Part shown: piece by piece, positions 13,002-25,650 of the stretch | How the letters are laid out: the number at the start of each line of letters is the position of its first letter | Numbering within the stretch: position 1 is the stretch's first letter | From: Eledone cirrhosa | Taxonomy: Eukaryota | Assembly (NCBI GenBank): GCA_964016885.1 | Contig: OZ024742.1 | Location: forward strand, 142,228,001-142,292,000 | DNA length: 64,000 nucleotides | Reading direction: 5' to 3' | Notes under the pieces: model-generated | The model's input: only the letters and a program-made list of their open reading frames with translations | Database searches by the model: none | Told to the model about the DNA's origin: nothing | Made by a program: the position numbers and the translations under genes

Positions 13002-14966
13002 TTATATAGTTGGGGGATGTCCCTCTTTTATGTAATATTCGGCTTGTAGTGGGGAAAAAAGGGTTTTAGTTCTGTGACAGCAGAATAATGTTCGTTCAAT
13101 TCTGTTATTCAGCAGTTTCTTCTTGTGTGTGATTATGTAATAAATTTCAAGATTACACAATTTGCAGAAATTTTGGCTCCTGGAAAAGCTTTGGGTTTTA
13201 GCTAATTTTTCCCATTTTAGGGTAAACTTTTGATCGCTATCCCTGAGCGTCCAAGCTTTTTCTGCTAAAGTTGTTACATTTCTTTGGCTCTGGTGTTTTA
13301 TTGAGTAAGAATGCCTATACAATCGAGATTTAAACGATGTTGCCGTTGATCCCACGTAATACCACTCGTTGCCTCCGGATTTAATGGTACACTTATAAAT
13401 AATATTTTTTTCCAGGCAGTTATTGCCGAGGGGGCAGTTGTCAGGATAGGTGCAGTTACAGTTGTGTACGTTGGGTTTTCTCTGGAGTAGTATTGCGGAC
13501 GAACTTAGGTGTGGTTTATTTATGTTCTGTAGTGTATTGTCTACTGTTTTTTTTGTGTTCTTTGTACTTAAGTTCTTAGTGTTTTCGTTTAACCTTCTAG
13601 TATTGATCTTTTTTATGTGTTGTTCAAGGTTTAACGCTGTAGAGTATGACAGTCTTATAGTGGTAGGGTTTAGGATTTTGTGGTATTTGTGTGATGTGGG
13701 AAAATGTCTTTTAATTATTTTAAAGAAGAGTACTGGTAAATTTGTACTAATGGAACTATTGTATTCGGGGTTATACCATAAGTACTCTTTGCATCGCTTT
13801 CTATTAGTTTTGTTTGTTGGTTTACTGGTGTGCATACTATGGTAGTAAGTGTGGTTTGGTGTTGTGTTATTATATCTACCTATGTGGGATTTATTTTGGG
13901 TGTTTTGATTGTTCCCATCTATGTACTCTATTTTGTTGAGGTAGCCTGCTTTACTAAGGGCGTTATCGTAGTACTCGGCGTGTTCCTTAAATACTTGTAT
14001 GTTAGAAGATAGACCCGAGATTCTAAGGGAAATATTTTTAGGGATAGATTTAATTATAGAGATGGGGTGGTTAGACCCAACATTTACGTATTTGAGATTT
14101 TCATTCAATTTATGAAACGGTTTAATCAAACCAGAGTTTAAATTGAGTGTGACATCCAGGAAGTTAACTACTTTAAGGTTGTATTCATATGTTATAGTTA
14201 GTCCTATTTCGAGTAGTAGTTTTCTTATATCTTTGCGTAGTTTTTCTAGTTTTTGGTTATTAAGGTTTTTAGCTAGGAGGAGAACATCGTCGCGGTATAT
14301 TCCGCCGTGGAGATTGCTGAATTTTTCCTGGAGTCTAAAGGCGATAAATAACCCCACAATATCAGTTATTTCCGCCGAATCGTTAGAGCCCATTGTTATG
14401 TCAAAGTTAGAGGGTCTATCTTTACGTACCCAATAACTGTTCTCAAATTTGACTATAGTTTTCCTATCTTCTAATATAATTTTAATTTCATCGTTTGTAA
14501 GGTCAGAGTTATCCTTAGCAAACTTAATGGCTCTATTCAAAGTTTCAGGTGATATCGATGAGTAATATTCATCGATATCAAACTGGATAAACTTAGATTT
14601 ATTCTTATTGCTAATGCTATTAAACCATCTTATTGCTTCTTGGGTCTTCCCCCAGAGTTTAATGTTAACCTTAGCCTTAATTTGGGGGATGATTCTATCT
14701 AAGATATATTTGCTTATTTTACCTATATCTGATTTAGAGGGGCAGATTAATCTAATTTTAGGGTCATTATCAAAGTTTACCTTGTGGTCCTTAAGATTGA
14801 AGGTGGGTACCGCCGGTAAGAGTGGTCCTGTCCTATCTTCGATTCCGAGATTTTTCACTATTTCGCATGCCTCATCATTGATGTGCTTAAGGGTTACTTC
14901 ACTCGTTTTTCTATATTTTTTATGTAATTCTTTTCGAATGAAGTTGTTGTATGTAGTGCAATCCAT
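13002..14966 (-). CDS. PLE reverse transcriptase + C-terminal GIY-YIG endonuclease (5'-truncated)
   Basis: RT motifs FIQFDIDEYYSSI, ITMGS, GGIYRDD, VNFLDVTL. EN motifs CNC..CPL..C, IIYKC..YYVGST, CKLC, CCH. Coding continues upstream to ~15210 across a frameshift (FGFRT..KADKTSNLY). The C-terminus is altered by a 1-nt homopolymer indel. Confidence 0.9.
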   Translation of the reverse strand: MDCTTYNNFIRKELHKKYRKTSEVTLKHINDEACEIVKNLGIEDRTGPLLPAVPTFNLKDHKVNFDNDPKIRLICPSKSDIGKISKYILDRIIPQIKAKVNIKLWGKTQEAIRWFNSISNKNKSKFIQFDIDEYYSSISPETLNRAIKFAKDNSDLTNDEIKIILEDRKTIVKFENSYWVRKDRPSNFDITMGSNDSAEITDIVGLFIAFRLQEKFSNLHGGIYRDDVLLLAKNLNNQKLEKLRKDIRKLLLEIGLTITYEYNLKVVNFLDVTLNLNSGLIKPFHKLNENLKYVNVGSNHPISIIKSIPKNISLRISGLSSNIQVFKEHAEYYDNALSKAGYLNKIEYIDGNNQNTQNKSHIGRYNNTTPNHTYYHSMHTSKPTNKTNRKRCKEYLWYNPEYNSSISTNLPVLFFKIIKRHFPTSHKYHKILNPTTIRLSYSTALNLEQHIKKINTRRLNENTKNLSTKNTKKTVDNTLQNINKPHLSSSAILLQRKPNVHNCNCTYPDNCPLGNNCLEKNIIYKCTIKSGGNEWYYVGSTATSFKSRLYRHSYSIKHQSQRNVTTLAEKAWTLRDSDQKFTLKWEKLAKTQSFSRSQNFCKLCNLEIYYIITHKKKLLNNRIERTLFCCHRTKTLFSPLQAEYYIKEGHPPTI

Positions 14967-15295
14967 AGTGTACAGGTTTGATGTTTTGTCCGCTTTTACT
15001 ACAATTCCTTTGGTGTTTTTAAGGTCGTCCAGTAGTTTTTTATATCTTTCTGTAATTTGCTGTTGGTGTTGCGTCCTTTGAATTTAATTTTAAGGATTAA
15101 GTTCATAAGGTCCTGCTCAAATGCATCTAATAGTGGGTTGGTGGGTGGGTTTTTACAAGTCCTAAAACCGAATTTGTTGTTTACACCACTTTCTAATGTT
15201 GAGTTCAGAAAAGAATTCGAAAAGAATTACATAAAAAATATAGAAAAACGAGTGAAGTAACCCTTAAGCACATCAATGATGAGGCATGCGAAATA

Positions 15296-17125
15296 GTGAA
15301 AAATCTCGGAATCGAAGATAGGACAGGACCACTCTTACCGGCGGTACCCACCTTCAATCTTAAGGACCACAAGGTAAACTTTGATAATGACCCTAAAATT
15401 AGATTAATCTGCCCCTCTAAATCAGATATAGGTAAAATAAGCAAATATATCTTAGATAGAATCATCCCCCAAATTAAGGCTAAGGTTAACATTAAACTCT
15501 GGGGGAAGACCCAAGAAGCAATAAGATGGTTTAATAGCATTAGCAATAAGAATAAATCTAAGTTTATCCAGTTTGATATCGATGAATATTACTCATCGAT
15601 ATCACCTGAAACTTTGAATAGAGCCATTAAGTTTGCTAAGGATAACTCTGACCTTACAAACGATGAAATTAAAATTATATTAGAAGATAGGAAAACTATA
15701 GTCAAATTTGAGAACAGTTATTGGGTACGTAAAGATAGACCCTCTAACTTTGACATAACAATGGGCTCTAACGATTCGGCGGAAATAACTGATATTGTGG
15801 GGTTATTTATCGCCTTTAGACTCCAGGAAAAATTCAGCAATCTCCACGGCGGAATATACCGCGACGATGTTCTCCTCCTAGCTAAAAACCTTAATAACCA
15901 AAAACTAGAAAAACTACGCAAAGATATAAGAAAACTACTACTCGAAATAGGACTAACTATAACATATGAATACAACCTTAAAGTAGTTAACTTCCTGGAT
16001 GTCACACTCAATTTAAACTCTGGTTTGATTAAACCGTTTCATAAATTGAATGAAAATCTCAAATACGTAAATGTTGGGTCTAACCACCCCATCTCTATAA
16101 TTAAATCTATCCCTAAAAATATTTCCCTTAGAATCTCGGGTCTATCTTCTAACATACAAGTATTTAAGGAACACGCCGAGTACTACGATAACGCCCTTAG
16201 TAAAGCAGGCTACCTCAACAAAATAGAGTACATAGATGGGAACAATCAAAACACCCAAAATAAATCCCACATAGGTAGATATAATAACACAACACCAAAC
16301 CACACTTACTACCATAGTATGCACACCAGTAAACCAACAAACAAAACTAATAGAAAGCGATGCAAAGAGTACTTATGGTATAACCCCGAATACAATAGTT
16401 CCATTAGTACAAATTTACCAGTACTCTTCTTTAAAATAATTAAAAGACATTTTCCCACATCACACAAATACCACAAAATCCTAAACCCTACCACTATAAG
16501 ACTGTCATACTCTACAGCGTTAAACCTTGAACAACACATAAAAAAGATCAATACTAGAAGGTTAAACGAAAACACTAAGAACTTAAGTACAAAGAACACA
16601 AAAAAAACAGTAGACAATACACTACAGAACATAAATAAACCACACCTAAGTTCGTCCGCAATACTACTCCAGAGAAAACCCAACGTACACAACTGTAACT
16701 GCACCTATCCTGACAACTGCCCCCTCGGCAATAACTGCCTGGAAAAAAATATTATTTATAAGTGTACCATTAAATCCGGAGGCAACGAGTGGTATTACGT
16801 GGGATCAACGGCAACATCGTTTAAATCTCGATTGTATAGGCATTCTTACTCAATAAAACACCAGAGCCAAAGAAATGTAACAACTTTAGCAGAAAAAGCT
16901 TGGACGCTCAGGGATAGCGATCAAAAGTTTACCCTAAAATGGGAAAAATTAGCTAAAACCCAAAGCTTTTCCAGGAGCCAAAATTTCTGCAAATTGTGTA
17001 ATCTTGAAATTTATTACATAATCACACACAAGAAGAAACTGCTGAATAACAGAATTGAACGAACATTATTCTGCCGTCACAGAACTAAAACCCTTTTTTC
17101 CCACTACAAGCCGAATATTACATAA
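15296..17125 (+). CDS. PLE reverse transcriptase + GIY-YIG endonuclease (5'-truncated)
   Basis: Same protein as 13002-14966, ending CRHRTKTLFSHYKPNIT. The frame is open from the inversion junction. Confidence 0.9.
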   Translation: MKNLGIEDRTGPLLPAVPTFNLKDHKVNFDNDPKIRLICPSKSDIGKISKYILDRIIPQIKAKVNIKLWGKTQEAIRWFNSISNKNKSKFIQFDIDEYYSSISPETLNRAIKFAKDNSDLTNDEIKIILEDRKTIVKFENSYWVRKDRPSNFDITMGSNDSAEITDIVGLFIAFRLQEKFSNLHGGIYRDDVLLLAKNLNNQKLEKLRKDIRKLLLEIGLTITYEYNLKVVNFLDVTLNLNSGLIKPFHKLNENLKYVNVGSNHPISIIKSIPKNISLRISGLSSNIQVFKEHAEYYDNALSKAGYLNKIEYIDGNNQNTQNKSHIGRYNNTTPNHTYYHSMHTSKPTNKTNRKRCKEYLWYNPEYNSSISTNLPVLFFKIIKRHFPTSHKYHKILNPTTIRLSYSTALNLEQHIKKINTRRLNENTKNLSTKNTKKTVDNTLQNINKPHLSSSAILLQRKPNVHNCNCTYPDNCPLGNNCLEKNIIYKCTIKSGGNEWYYVGSTATSFKSRLYRHSYSIKHQSQRNVTTLAEKAWTLRDSDQKFTLKWEKLAKTQSFSRSQNFCKLCNLEIYYIITHKKKLLNNRIERTLFCRHRTKTLFSHYKPNIT

Positions 17126-17390
17126 AAGAGGGACATCCCCCAACTATATAAACCTTAATCTAGTTAGAAAAATATAAAAACAATCTCTTCTCAACATATA
17201 TTAATAACCTTAAATTACCACACTAATAATGGAAAGATATGCTGATGAGAATAGGTACAAATATGCGATAATGAATGTGTCTAAAAACGTCCATAAGTAT
17301 GTATATATATGTGAAAATGTATATAAATAAGTAAATATATATATGTTTGATGTGTATAGTTAGATGTAAGTGTATTCATGTATTAAAGTG

Positions 17391-17431
<41 letters not shown>

Positions 17432-17993
17432 ATGTATATATGTGTATATGGATGTGTATGTATGTGTATGTGTGTACACATTGACTAGAGTATGTATGTA
17501 TATATGTGTGTGTCTATACGTGTGTATATAAAGATAAGCTGAGTATGAAAATGTATACACATGAGCGCGTATGTATGTACATGAATACATGTGTGTATAT
17601 ATATGTGTATGCATGTGTATATATATGTAAGTATGAATATGTGAATTGTGAGTATATGTATTTTGTAGAGGTGTGCAAATATATTTGTGTGTGAATGCGT
17701 GGGTGAAAGGATACGTACACTTGAAAGAAAAATTTAAGTCTGAATGTTAATTAAGTGCAAACACAAAACCAACCACGCATATCTTTACTATCTCTAATCC
17801 TTCTATAGATTTAGAAAAATAACCAATAATATATTCTATAAAAAATGTCAAAACAACAGATGGGAATCTAATTACTCACTGCCACCAAGAATTCTCACTG
17901 CTATCGAAAAACCACTCCTTCAACTATTCTTCTAACAACTTCACCCCTCCCTCCTAATATTCTCTATAAAAACTAAATAGGTCCTCAGTAATA

Positions 17994-18113
17994 TTATTCT
18001 GATGAAATGACAGTAAATAATAACATTGAAATATTGAATGTCTGCATAACTAAAAGTTTGTAGATAGCAGCTGTTTTAGGTTATGTAACTGTTATAGAAA
18101 CACGTGTCAATAA
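17994..18113 (+). ncRNA. Type I hammerhead ribozyme with ~90-nt stem II domain in the PLE pseudo-LTR
   Basis: ttatt-CTGATGA-a-atgacagt...actgttat-a-GAAA-c-acgt-g-TC-aataa. Inner helix tgcataactaaaa / ttttaggttatgta. Confidence 0.75.
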
Positions 18114-18260
18114 ATTCCTTTCAACTAAACTGTATCCATTCAAATCTTTCTATTTTTCTCCGGATTACTTTTGGAACTACAACTGGAACCGTCGAGCAAA
18201 CTCTACGTGAGCTGATAATCTACTGTGTGTAATATTTATATTACAACACAACGGAAAATA

Positions 18261-18350
<90 letters not shown>

Positions 18351-18369
18351 ATATATATATTATATATAT

Positions 18370-18521
<152 letters not shown>

Positions 18522-18530
18522 AAATATATC

Positions 18531-18564
<34 letters not shown>

Positions 18565-18568
<4 letters not shown>

Positions 18569-19405
18569 AATGAATAATAACAGGTAGACATCATAAAAAG
18601 GTAGTTTATTCCGTGTGCTTACAAGTGTTTCCACGGTGGTACTGCAACCTAGTTCCGCTACGTGCAAATTCACAAGTATTTGCAGAACTCGAATATCCAA
18701 TGCTGTGACCACTGTTTCCTCAGAGCAGAATGGTAAATATACAATGTAAAAACCCTTAAGTGGGGTTGTTGGGAAAGATAGAGTGGAACAGGAAGAGAGA
18801 AAAGTAGGGAAGATGGAGAGAGAAGGAAAGATATGCAGGGGTTGGAGAAGTAGGAGAGAGTGGCTTGTAGATATCTTAATCAAAATGTTATGGTAGGGGT
18901 TTTATTAGTTACTTTTGGAGAGATGCGTAGATAGTTGAGGTCGGAATTATTTATTGCCCCAGAGGTCAAGTTCATAGATGTTGAGAGGGAGGTAGGTCAA
19001 AGGTGAGAGAGAGAGAGTGTAATGGATGTAGAGAGAGATATATAGGTAGAGAGGGGATAGATAAAGTATATGTGGTGAGTGAACTTTTGGTTTTGTAGTA
19101 GTAATCTAGGAATTGTACTGAGTTACCATGTATAGTGATAAGCAGTGTATTGTCTTGTAGTGTGGGGGAGAAGAGAAGGTTGTTAGCTAGAAAGTGGTGT
19201 TGTAGTTACGGGTTCGAATGTTAAGTTATTTTATAGTGAGAGAATTTAGCTTTTAGTTTGTGGTTGCAGTATAATGATCGTTCAATTCTATCGTTAAGTA
19301 GTTTGTTTTTGGATTTTAGTATGTAAAATAGCTCAAGGTTACATAACCTGCAGTACTTCAAACCACTCCGATATGCATTTGCGCTGGAAAGTATATCCCA
19401 TTTTA

Positions 19406-19408
<3 letters not shown>
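18565..19408 (-). mobile_element. 3' fragment of a related Hydra-like PLE (EN C-terminus + pseudo-LTR)
   Basis: The reverse strand at 19230-19405 translates LKWDILSSANAYRSGLKYCRLCNLELFYILKSKNKLLNDRIERSLYCNHKLKAKFSHYK. Bounded by (TA)n. Confidence 0.8.
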
Positions 19409-19448
<40 letters not shown>

Positions 19449-19551
19449 AATATATCTTATATATATATATATATAAAGAAAATTTTCCGTCTACATGGCT
19501 GAATACAATAAATGAGTTTTTCGAATATTAATAATAACATTCGATTCGTTT

Positions 19552-19843
19552 GCAATTATGCAAACAAGCCTCAATGTTATAGCCATGTCAGTAGAATGAA
19601 CCCTTCATTCTTGCTCATGTGTTGGCATGTGAACAGAACTGCAGTCACTGTGTATTTTTGAAAATAGCATATATTTCCACTAGCTCTGACAGTTTGGCAG
19701 GTGAACAGTGAGCTGTACTGATGAAGGGTGATACCCAGAAACATTAGTGTCTGCAGTTCTGTTCTCATGCCAACACAAGAGCAAGAATGAAGGGTTCATT
19801 CTACTGACATGGCTATAAAATTGAGACTTGTTTGCATAATTGC
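19552..19843 (+). repeat. Inverted repeat (~100-bp arms) enclosing a hammerhead; probable PLE fold-back
   Basis: gcaattatgcaaacaag..gaactgcag (19552-19644) vs ctgcagttc..cttgtttgcataattgc (19751-19843). Confidence 0.7.
19710..19759 (+). ncRNA. Type I hammerhead ribozyme
   Basis: gagctgta-CTGATGA-a-gggt-gat-accc-a-GAAA-ca-ttag-tg-TC-tgcagttc. Confidence 0.75.
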
Positions 19844-19845
19844 TA

Positions 19846-20038
19846 GGGCGGTGGATTGGCAGTATCGGTAGAGAGTCGGACGCCATGCTTTGAAGCATAG
19901 AGTTACGTCCCTTTATGATCTGAGTTCAAATCCCGCCGAGGTTAACTTTGCCTTTCATCCTTACGGGGTCGATAAAATAAAGTGCCAGTAATGTACTGGG
20001 TAATTGCTGGCCTTGTGCCAAAAGTAGAAACAATTATT
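19846..20038 (+). mobile_element. tRNA-derived SINE
   Basis: A box, B box and conserved core as at 7752. Confidence 0.85.
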
Positions 20039-20077
20039 AATATTCGAAAAACTCAGATTACATTTATATATATATAT

Positions 20078-23000
20078 AAGTCGCATATTATCGTGTAATC
20101 GCAAAACTTTGAAATGGCGCCACAACGGGGACGTTTTCAGACATGCATCGACAATTTGCACTCTTTGAGCATTCCTAACAATTGGTAGCACCTGTCTGAA
20201 ATCGCCACCAAGAACGATAGTCTTACCACCGAATGGCAGGTCACTACCGCAGATATATCTCAAAGTTCTGTCCAATGCCTCCAGCAAATATCTGTGTGCC
20301 ATTGGAGCCTCGTCCCAAATAATCAGAGACGTATTGCGTACAAGGTCCGCGAGTTCACTTTGTCCTGTAATGTTACAGACACTCAACTCATCCGGAGCCA
20401 ATGGAGCCTTGAGGCATGAGTGGAAGGTCCTTCCACCACTCAGCAAAGTGGCAGCGATCCCACTGGTGGCCACAGGGAGAGCAATCTTCCTCTGAGACTG
20501 CCGATAACATAGTGTTGAAACAGAATGTCTTTCCGGTGCCTCCTGGAGCATCTATGAAAGCACAAAGTTGCTCATTAGTGGAAATCGAGTGGAGAACGCC
20601 ATCGACCAATTCTCTCTGAGATTGGGTCAACATTTGCATACGTTCATCCACAATACGTTGCTGTTCCAGTGGATCAAACTGGAATAGTTCCCTCCGATCG
20701 AGTGGCAACCGTCTAAGCTGCAATCTCATGTTCAATGCTAAGACACGTTGCCGCATTTCTTCATAGGAATTGGCAAATTGAAATCTGTTAAACATTTGAA
20801 ATGAACTTCAAGCAGTTGCTCAATATTGAGCAAAACAATAGCTTTCATCAAATGTTCATCATCGACCTGAAGATGATGCCTAAAATCATCAGCCATAATT
20901 CCCCAATGGCGTTCAAACAACTCTCTTGGATCGGCAGGATTGCAGAATCCTAGAATCGTGACAAACAACTGCCTTATTTGAGCTGGCATCTGTGTTGTTC
21001 CTGCAGCTTCCATGGCGTTATTCCATTCAGCGTCATCCTGAAGGAGTTCCAGATGCTGACACATAGCCTGGTATGTTTCATATTCCACGCCATTGATTGT
21101 TTTCAAATCAGCGAAGCTCTGTTTACCTCTCGAAAAGTCATTATGCAACAGAATTTGGAGATAAAACACATCACCAGATGCTGGATGGACATTACAAACC
21201 AATAGTCATGAATAGTCATGAATCTCAACTTTTGTTTTCTATCATTCCATTTCTTTCCCTTCTTATCCCACGTATAGTGCGAAGGGAAATCGCAGTAGAG
21301 TTGCCTTTGATCCGGGTTCAAAGCATGTTCCTTATTATGCTTGAACCACTCAGTCAATTCCATCTTAGGAGGTGGTGCGTTAGCAATTCTTTCGACACCT
21401 CTTCTAGTGTCTTGAAAACAGAGCATTTTCCTATTCTCTAAGTGAACCGTCAGTTTCTGACCGCTGGGTTTGCGTTCATTGAGATCAAAATCGAACAATC
21501 TCCAGCAAGCTTCGCTAGATCCAATCGAGCGAACATCCTGCAACCTGCCAACTTCATCTCCTTGGTTCGCTTCCTCATTCTTGGCATTGATCATTGCCCG
21601 ATCATGACCTTTGTAAACATATTTGAATTGATATTTGCAAGCTTTCACTGAGCTACAAATTTCCACATTAATATGACAACGATATTTCATAATCAAATAT
21701 AGATTGTATGGCACAACCCATTGATTTGTAACCTATCGACCGTTTACATTTTTGACCAAACCGCCATCTGCAGGCGACAGTCTTCTGTATGAGGGATGAG
21801 CATCCCCATCGTTCCAGGAAGTGTTCGTGACAAAAGATTTCGGAAAGTGCTTACTGCATTGGCCATTTTTCATGCAAGGCGCTTTTCGATTTGCAACTCC
21901 GCATTGGTTGTGCACCATTGACTTTGCCACCAAGTTGCGTAGCGCCTCATTCTCCGGCAGTTCAGCACACACAACGCTGTCGACATCCTCAGCACATCTC
22001 AATTTGCAATCTCTATGTAAAATGATCAGCAAATGTGCATGTGGCAATCCTTTTTGGGGGAATTCAATTACGTATGTAAAGGCAACTATATCTCCAAAGA
22101 TTCCCTCTTTTTCCACATCATCCATTATCTTTTTCAGATATCCTTTGAAAAAAAACTCTTGCCACAATATCAGGACGGTCCTTTGGCTGTTGTCCTGACA
22201 AAAGTGCATCCTTAATACCAGTCCATTCAGGATTGCATATAACCGTTATAAACAAATCTGGCTTTCCAAACTTTTTGACAATAGCCATTGCATCCTGATA
22301 GCGAATGTTCATATATCTCGGGCCGCTGATGATCGACGATGGCAAAATGATGCGTCGACCAATTTGCTTGTAATTGGCATCATCGGTTGTTATAGCATCC
22401 TGTATATTATCATACAATTCAGCTCTGATATGTTGCTGGTGTGTAGCTATATAATTTAGTCTTTGATTTTCGATCTTTGCGAATGCCATACAACAGTATT
22501 CCTGGAACAATCTGCTGGCTTGAAATAGCGCATTTCTCTGTTGATTCCTCTCGTTCAAATGGAACGCGTAAAAGTCGCGAATCGAATTATTGTGTCTATT
22601 GCCACCTCCCTGTTGATGCTGATTCTCATGATCATCTAAATGAACAGACATGTTCCATCCATTTTCACCTTTTGGGAATAAAAGAACATAATACAATGGA
22701 TTGTATGCCCTATTTGACTCATTGATAGTCTTGAGACCACCATCTCTGCGATTGAGGACGATATCTCTCGATCCAGGCTTATGGTCCATCAACACAGCAA
22801 CCTCACGAAATCCTTCAGGGGCATTATATCGCCGTTCGTGTTGATTCCTTGGCACTGCGTCAGCCTTAATCACCAATGTTTGCTGCTGAACATTTTGCAG
22901 TTCAGCCACCAACATGAAATCCATGACATAAGGATTACACTGTCTAAGCCATGATTGCAAATCACGGATCAAATCACTTAACCTTTGCCGTTCAAGTTCA

Positions 23001-24342
23001 GTTATATTTCCCGGCAACTTCATCCAACCGATCCTGATATCCTCCTCCGATTCACTATAATCTGGATGGTTAACGTAAAATTGAGCGAATCGAGGCCTCT
23101 CTCCTGGGGTAATTTCTAAATTACCGATTCAATGATACAAACGGCCTTGAATGACTACATTCGGTTACCATGCTCCACTCTCAAACATCTCACTAACTCT
23201 CTGCGATGCTAAAGCTAATGAATTGTTAATTTGCCGCGAATATTTGCGCAGCAATCTACCTCGGTCTCCTTGATCACCCCACATACTTAGTATTTTAAAC
23301 TCCGGTGACTCCTCATCATCCGGCATTCGCAAGGGTTCTAGTTGAACTGCTCCTTTATGACAGCACATTGTGGACCACGTCTTTTCGTGCCTCCAAAGCA
23401 ACGCTCCACAATGTGGACACTCTGATCATCCACCAATCTGATAATGACACAGTTACCATGATCCATTTTTAATATCATTCGTTCGCCTTCTGGCCTCTTT
23501 ACTGGAATGAGGAGCACTTTGGCGACACATTCTCTGTACTTCTGTATTGCGCTGGCGCTGTTCATCTAGCTCCTCTTCATTCATCGCAGCACGCCGTTGC
23601 TGCTGAATTCTGGCCATCTGCTGATTATGCTCAGCCAGTTCGTCTTCAACCATCGCAGCACGCCGTCGCTGCTTGGCTCCAGTATTCCGTTGGCATTGTT
23701 CAGCCAGCTCCTCTTCATTCATGGTGGCACGTCTTCGCCTCTGAAGTTCGGCGTTCCGATGGCGCTGTTCGGCCCGTTTTTCTTCATTGATGGCTGCACG
23801 GCGTCGCCGCTGTAGTTCACTGTTTGATAAAGTCGAATTGCTTTTATTATCAGTATTCATTTCGAGCAATTGTTAAAAAATGACACAATAATAAATATAA
23901 AAGATGTCCGTCAATGTAAAGAAAGGTCCCTATTTACTCCCTTCACAACTCTGTGTATGTTAAACTGACAGACAGGCACACAGACAGATAAACTACGTGG
24001 CGATTGTGGAACGCCACACACATACACGCATGGAAACGCGCACACGCACGCAAACTTACACACGCACACACTCACACATGTTGATAGTTTTTACTTTCTG
24101 TGGAACACTGCACGCACGCACACACAGATAAACATACGCGCACGTACATACACACGCACACATGTTAATAGTTATTGAACACAGCGTTCACACTCTCCCC
24201 TCTCACTCCCTCATTGGCATTATGCATATTAATTTAAGTTTGGCGTCGTTGAGGTGGGCGGAGTCGTTTGAAACCTATGAACCAATGATAATCGAGAATT
24301 ATGACACACGGTATACTGACGTTCTTCAAATTAATAAATAGA
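20078..24342 (-). pseudogene. Decayed autonomous Helitron (RepHel: HUH Rep + PIF1-like helicase), 3'-truncated
   Basis: Frameshifted ORFs run from 23869 to 19961. Rep motifs FITVICNPEW, IEFPQKGLPHAHLLI and YQFKYVYKG. Helicase motifs DAPGGTGKT, IIWDEAPM and GGDFRQVLP. N-terminal 22-aa QRRRRAA repeats. TC 5' end at 24342. Confidence 0.93.
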
Positions 24343-24698
24343 CTAGCTGACGTACCCAGCTTCGCCCGGGTAAACAGATAAGAGAAGACAGGTAAAAGAG
24401 AAAATTACTGTATTGGATGTTTGTCTGGTTACAGTATGAGGCGAGTCCGTGGTGTCTGTGTGATACCAAAAACAGTAAAAAAAATCTTCCACATATACCA
24501 GATTCTTCGTTGTACCGTTTGTGCATAGTATATGAACAATTCTAGGTGCTCCCACCTAGAATAGTGACCTCTAGGAGATGGTTCATCTACTGCCTGACTG
24601 TAAAACGTGTATGATTGCATAGACGTGGTTGTTCCACGTTTCTCAAAAGAATGATGGCAGTTCCAATCTTTTATATTATATGAAGATATAGATATAGA
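24343..24698 (-). mobile_element. Short non-autonomous Helitron
   Basis: The minus strand starts TCTATATC and ends acccgggcgaagctgggt-acgtcag-CTAG. Confidence 0.7.
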
Positions 24699-24713
24699 TA
24701 ATTAATATAAAAG

Positions 24714-25436
24714 ATGATGCTCAGCCAGTTCGTCTTCAACCATCGCAGCACACCGTCGCTGCTTGGCTCCAGTGTTTCGTTGCCGTTGTTCAGCCAGCTC
24801 CTCTTCATTCATGGCGGCACGTCTTCGCCTCTGAAGTTCGGCATTCCGATGGCGCTGTTTGGCCCGTTTTTCTTCATTCCTGGCTGCACGCCGTCACCGC
24901 TGTAGTTCACTGTTTGATAAAGTCGAATTGCTTTTATTATCAGTATTCATTTCGAGCAATTGTCAAAAAATGACAATAATAAATATAAAAGATGTCAGTC
25001 AATGTAAAAAGAGGTCCCTTCACAACTCTGTGTATGTTAAACTGACAGACAGGCACACAGACAGATAAACTACGTGGCGATTGTGAAACTCCCACGTACA
25101 CACACATACACGCATGGAAACGCGCACACGCACGCAAACTTACACACGCATCCGTGCACTTACACACTCACACATGATAGTTTTTACTTTCTGTGGAACG
25201 CTTCACGCACACACACATAAACATACGCGCACGTACACACACACATGGTAATAGTTACAGCGTTCACTTTGCCTCTCTGTTTCTTACTCTCCCCTCTCAC
25301 TCCCTCATTGGCATTAAGCGTATTAATTTAAGTTTGGCGTCGTTGAGGTGGGTGGAGTCGTTTGAAAAGTATGAACCAATGATAATCGAGAATTACGACA
25401 CACGGAATACTGACGTTGTTGAAATTAATATATAGA
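24714..25436 (-). mobile_element. Second, diverged 5' fragment of the autonomous Helitron
   Basis: Direct repeat of ~23626-24342, starting TCTATATATTAATTT on the minus strand. Confidence 0.8.
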
Positions 25437-25461
25437 CATATTGAGTTATATATATTGAGTT

Positions 25462-25650
25462 TGGCGGGGGATTGACAGTACCGGTAGAGGGTCGGACACC
25501 ATGCTCTGCAGCAAAGAGTTACGGCCCTTTATGGTCTGAGTTCAAATCCCACCGATGTTAACTTTGCCTTTCATCCTTACGGGGTCGATAAAATAAAGTA
25601 CCAGTAATACACTGGGATAATTTCTGGCCTTGTGCTAAAAGTAGAAACAA
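25462..25650 (+). mobile_element. tRNA-derived SINE with TSD
   Basis: SINE core, flanked by the direct repeat ttatatatattgagtt (25446-25461, 25651-25666). Confidence 0.85.

Noticed and set aside
13450-16704. Antisense ORFs overlapping the PLE ORFs (also within 44576-54266)
   Set aside because: Shadows of A-rich coding strands and of the Asn repeat.
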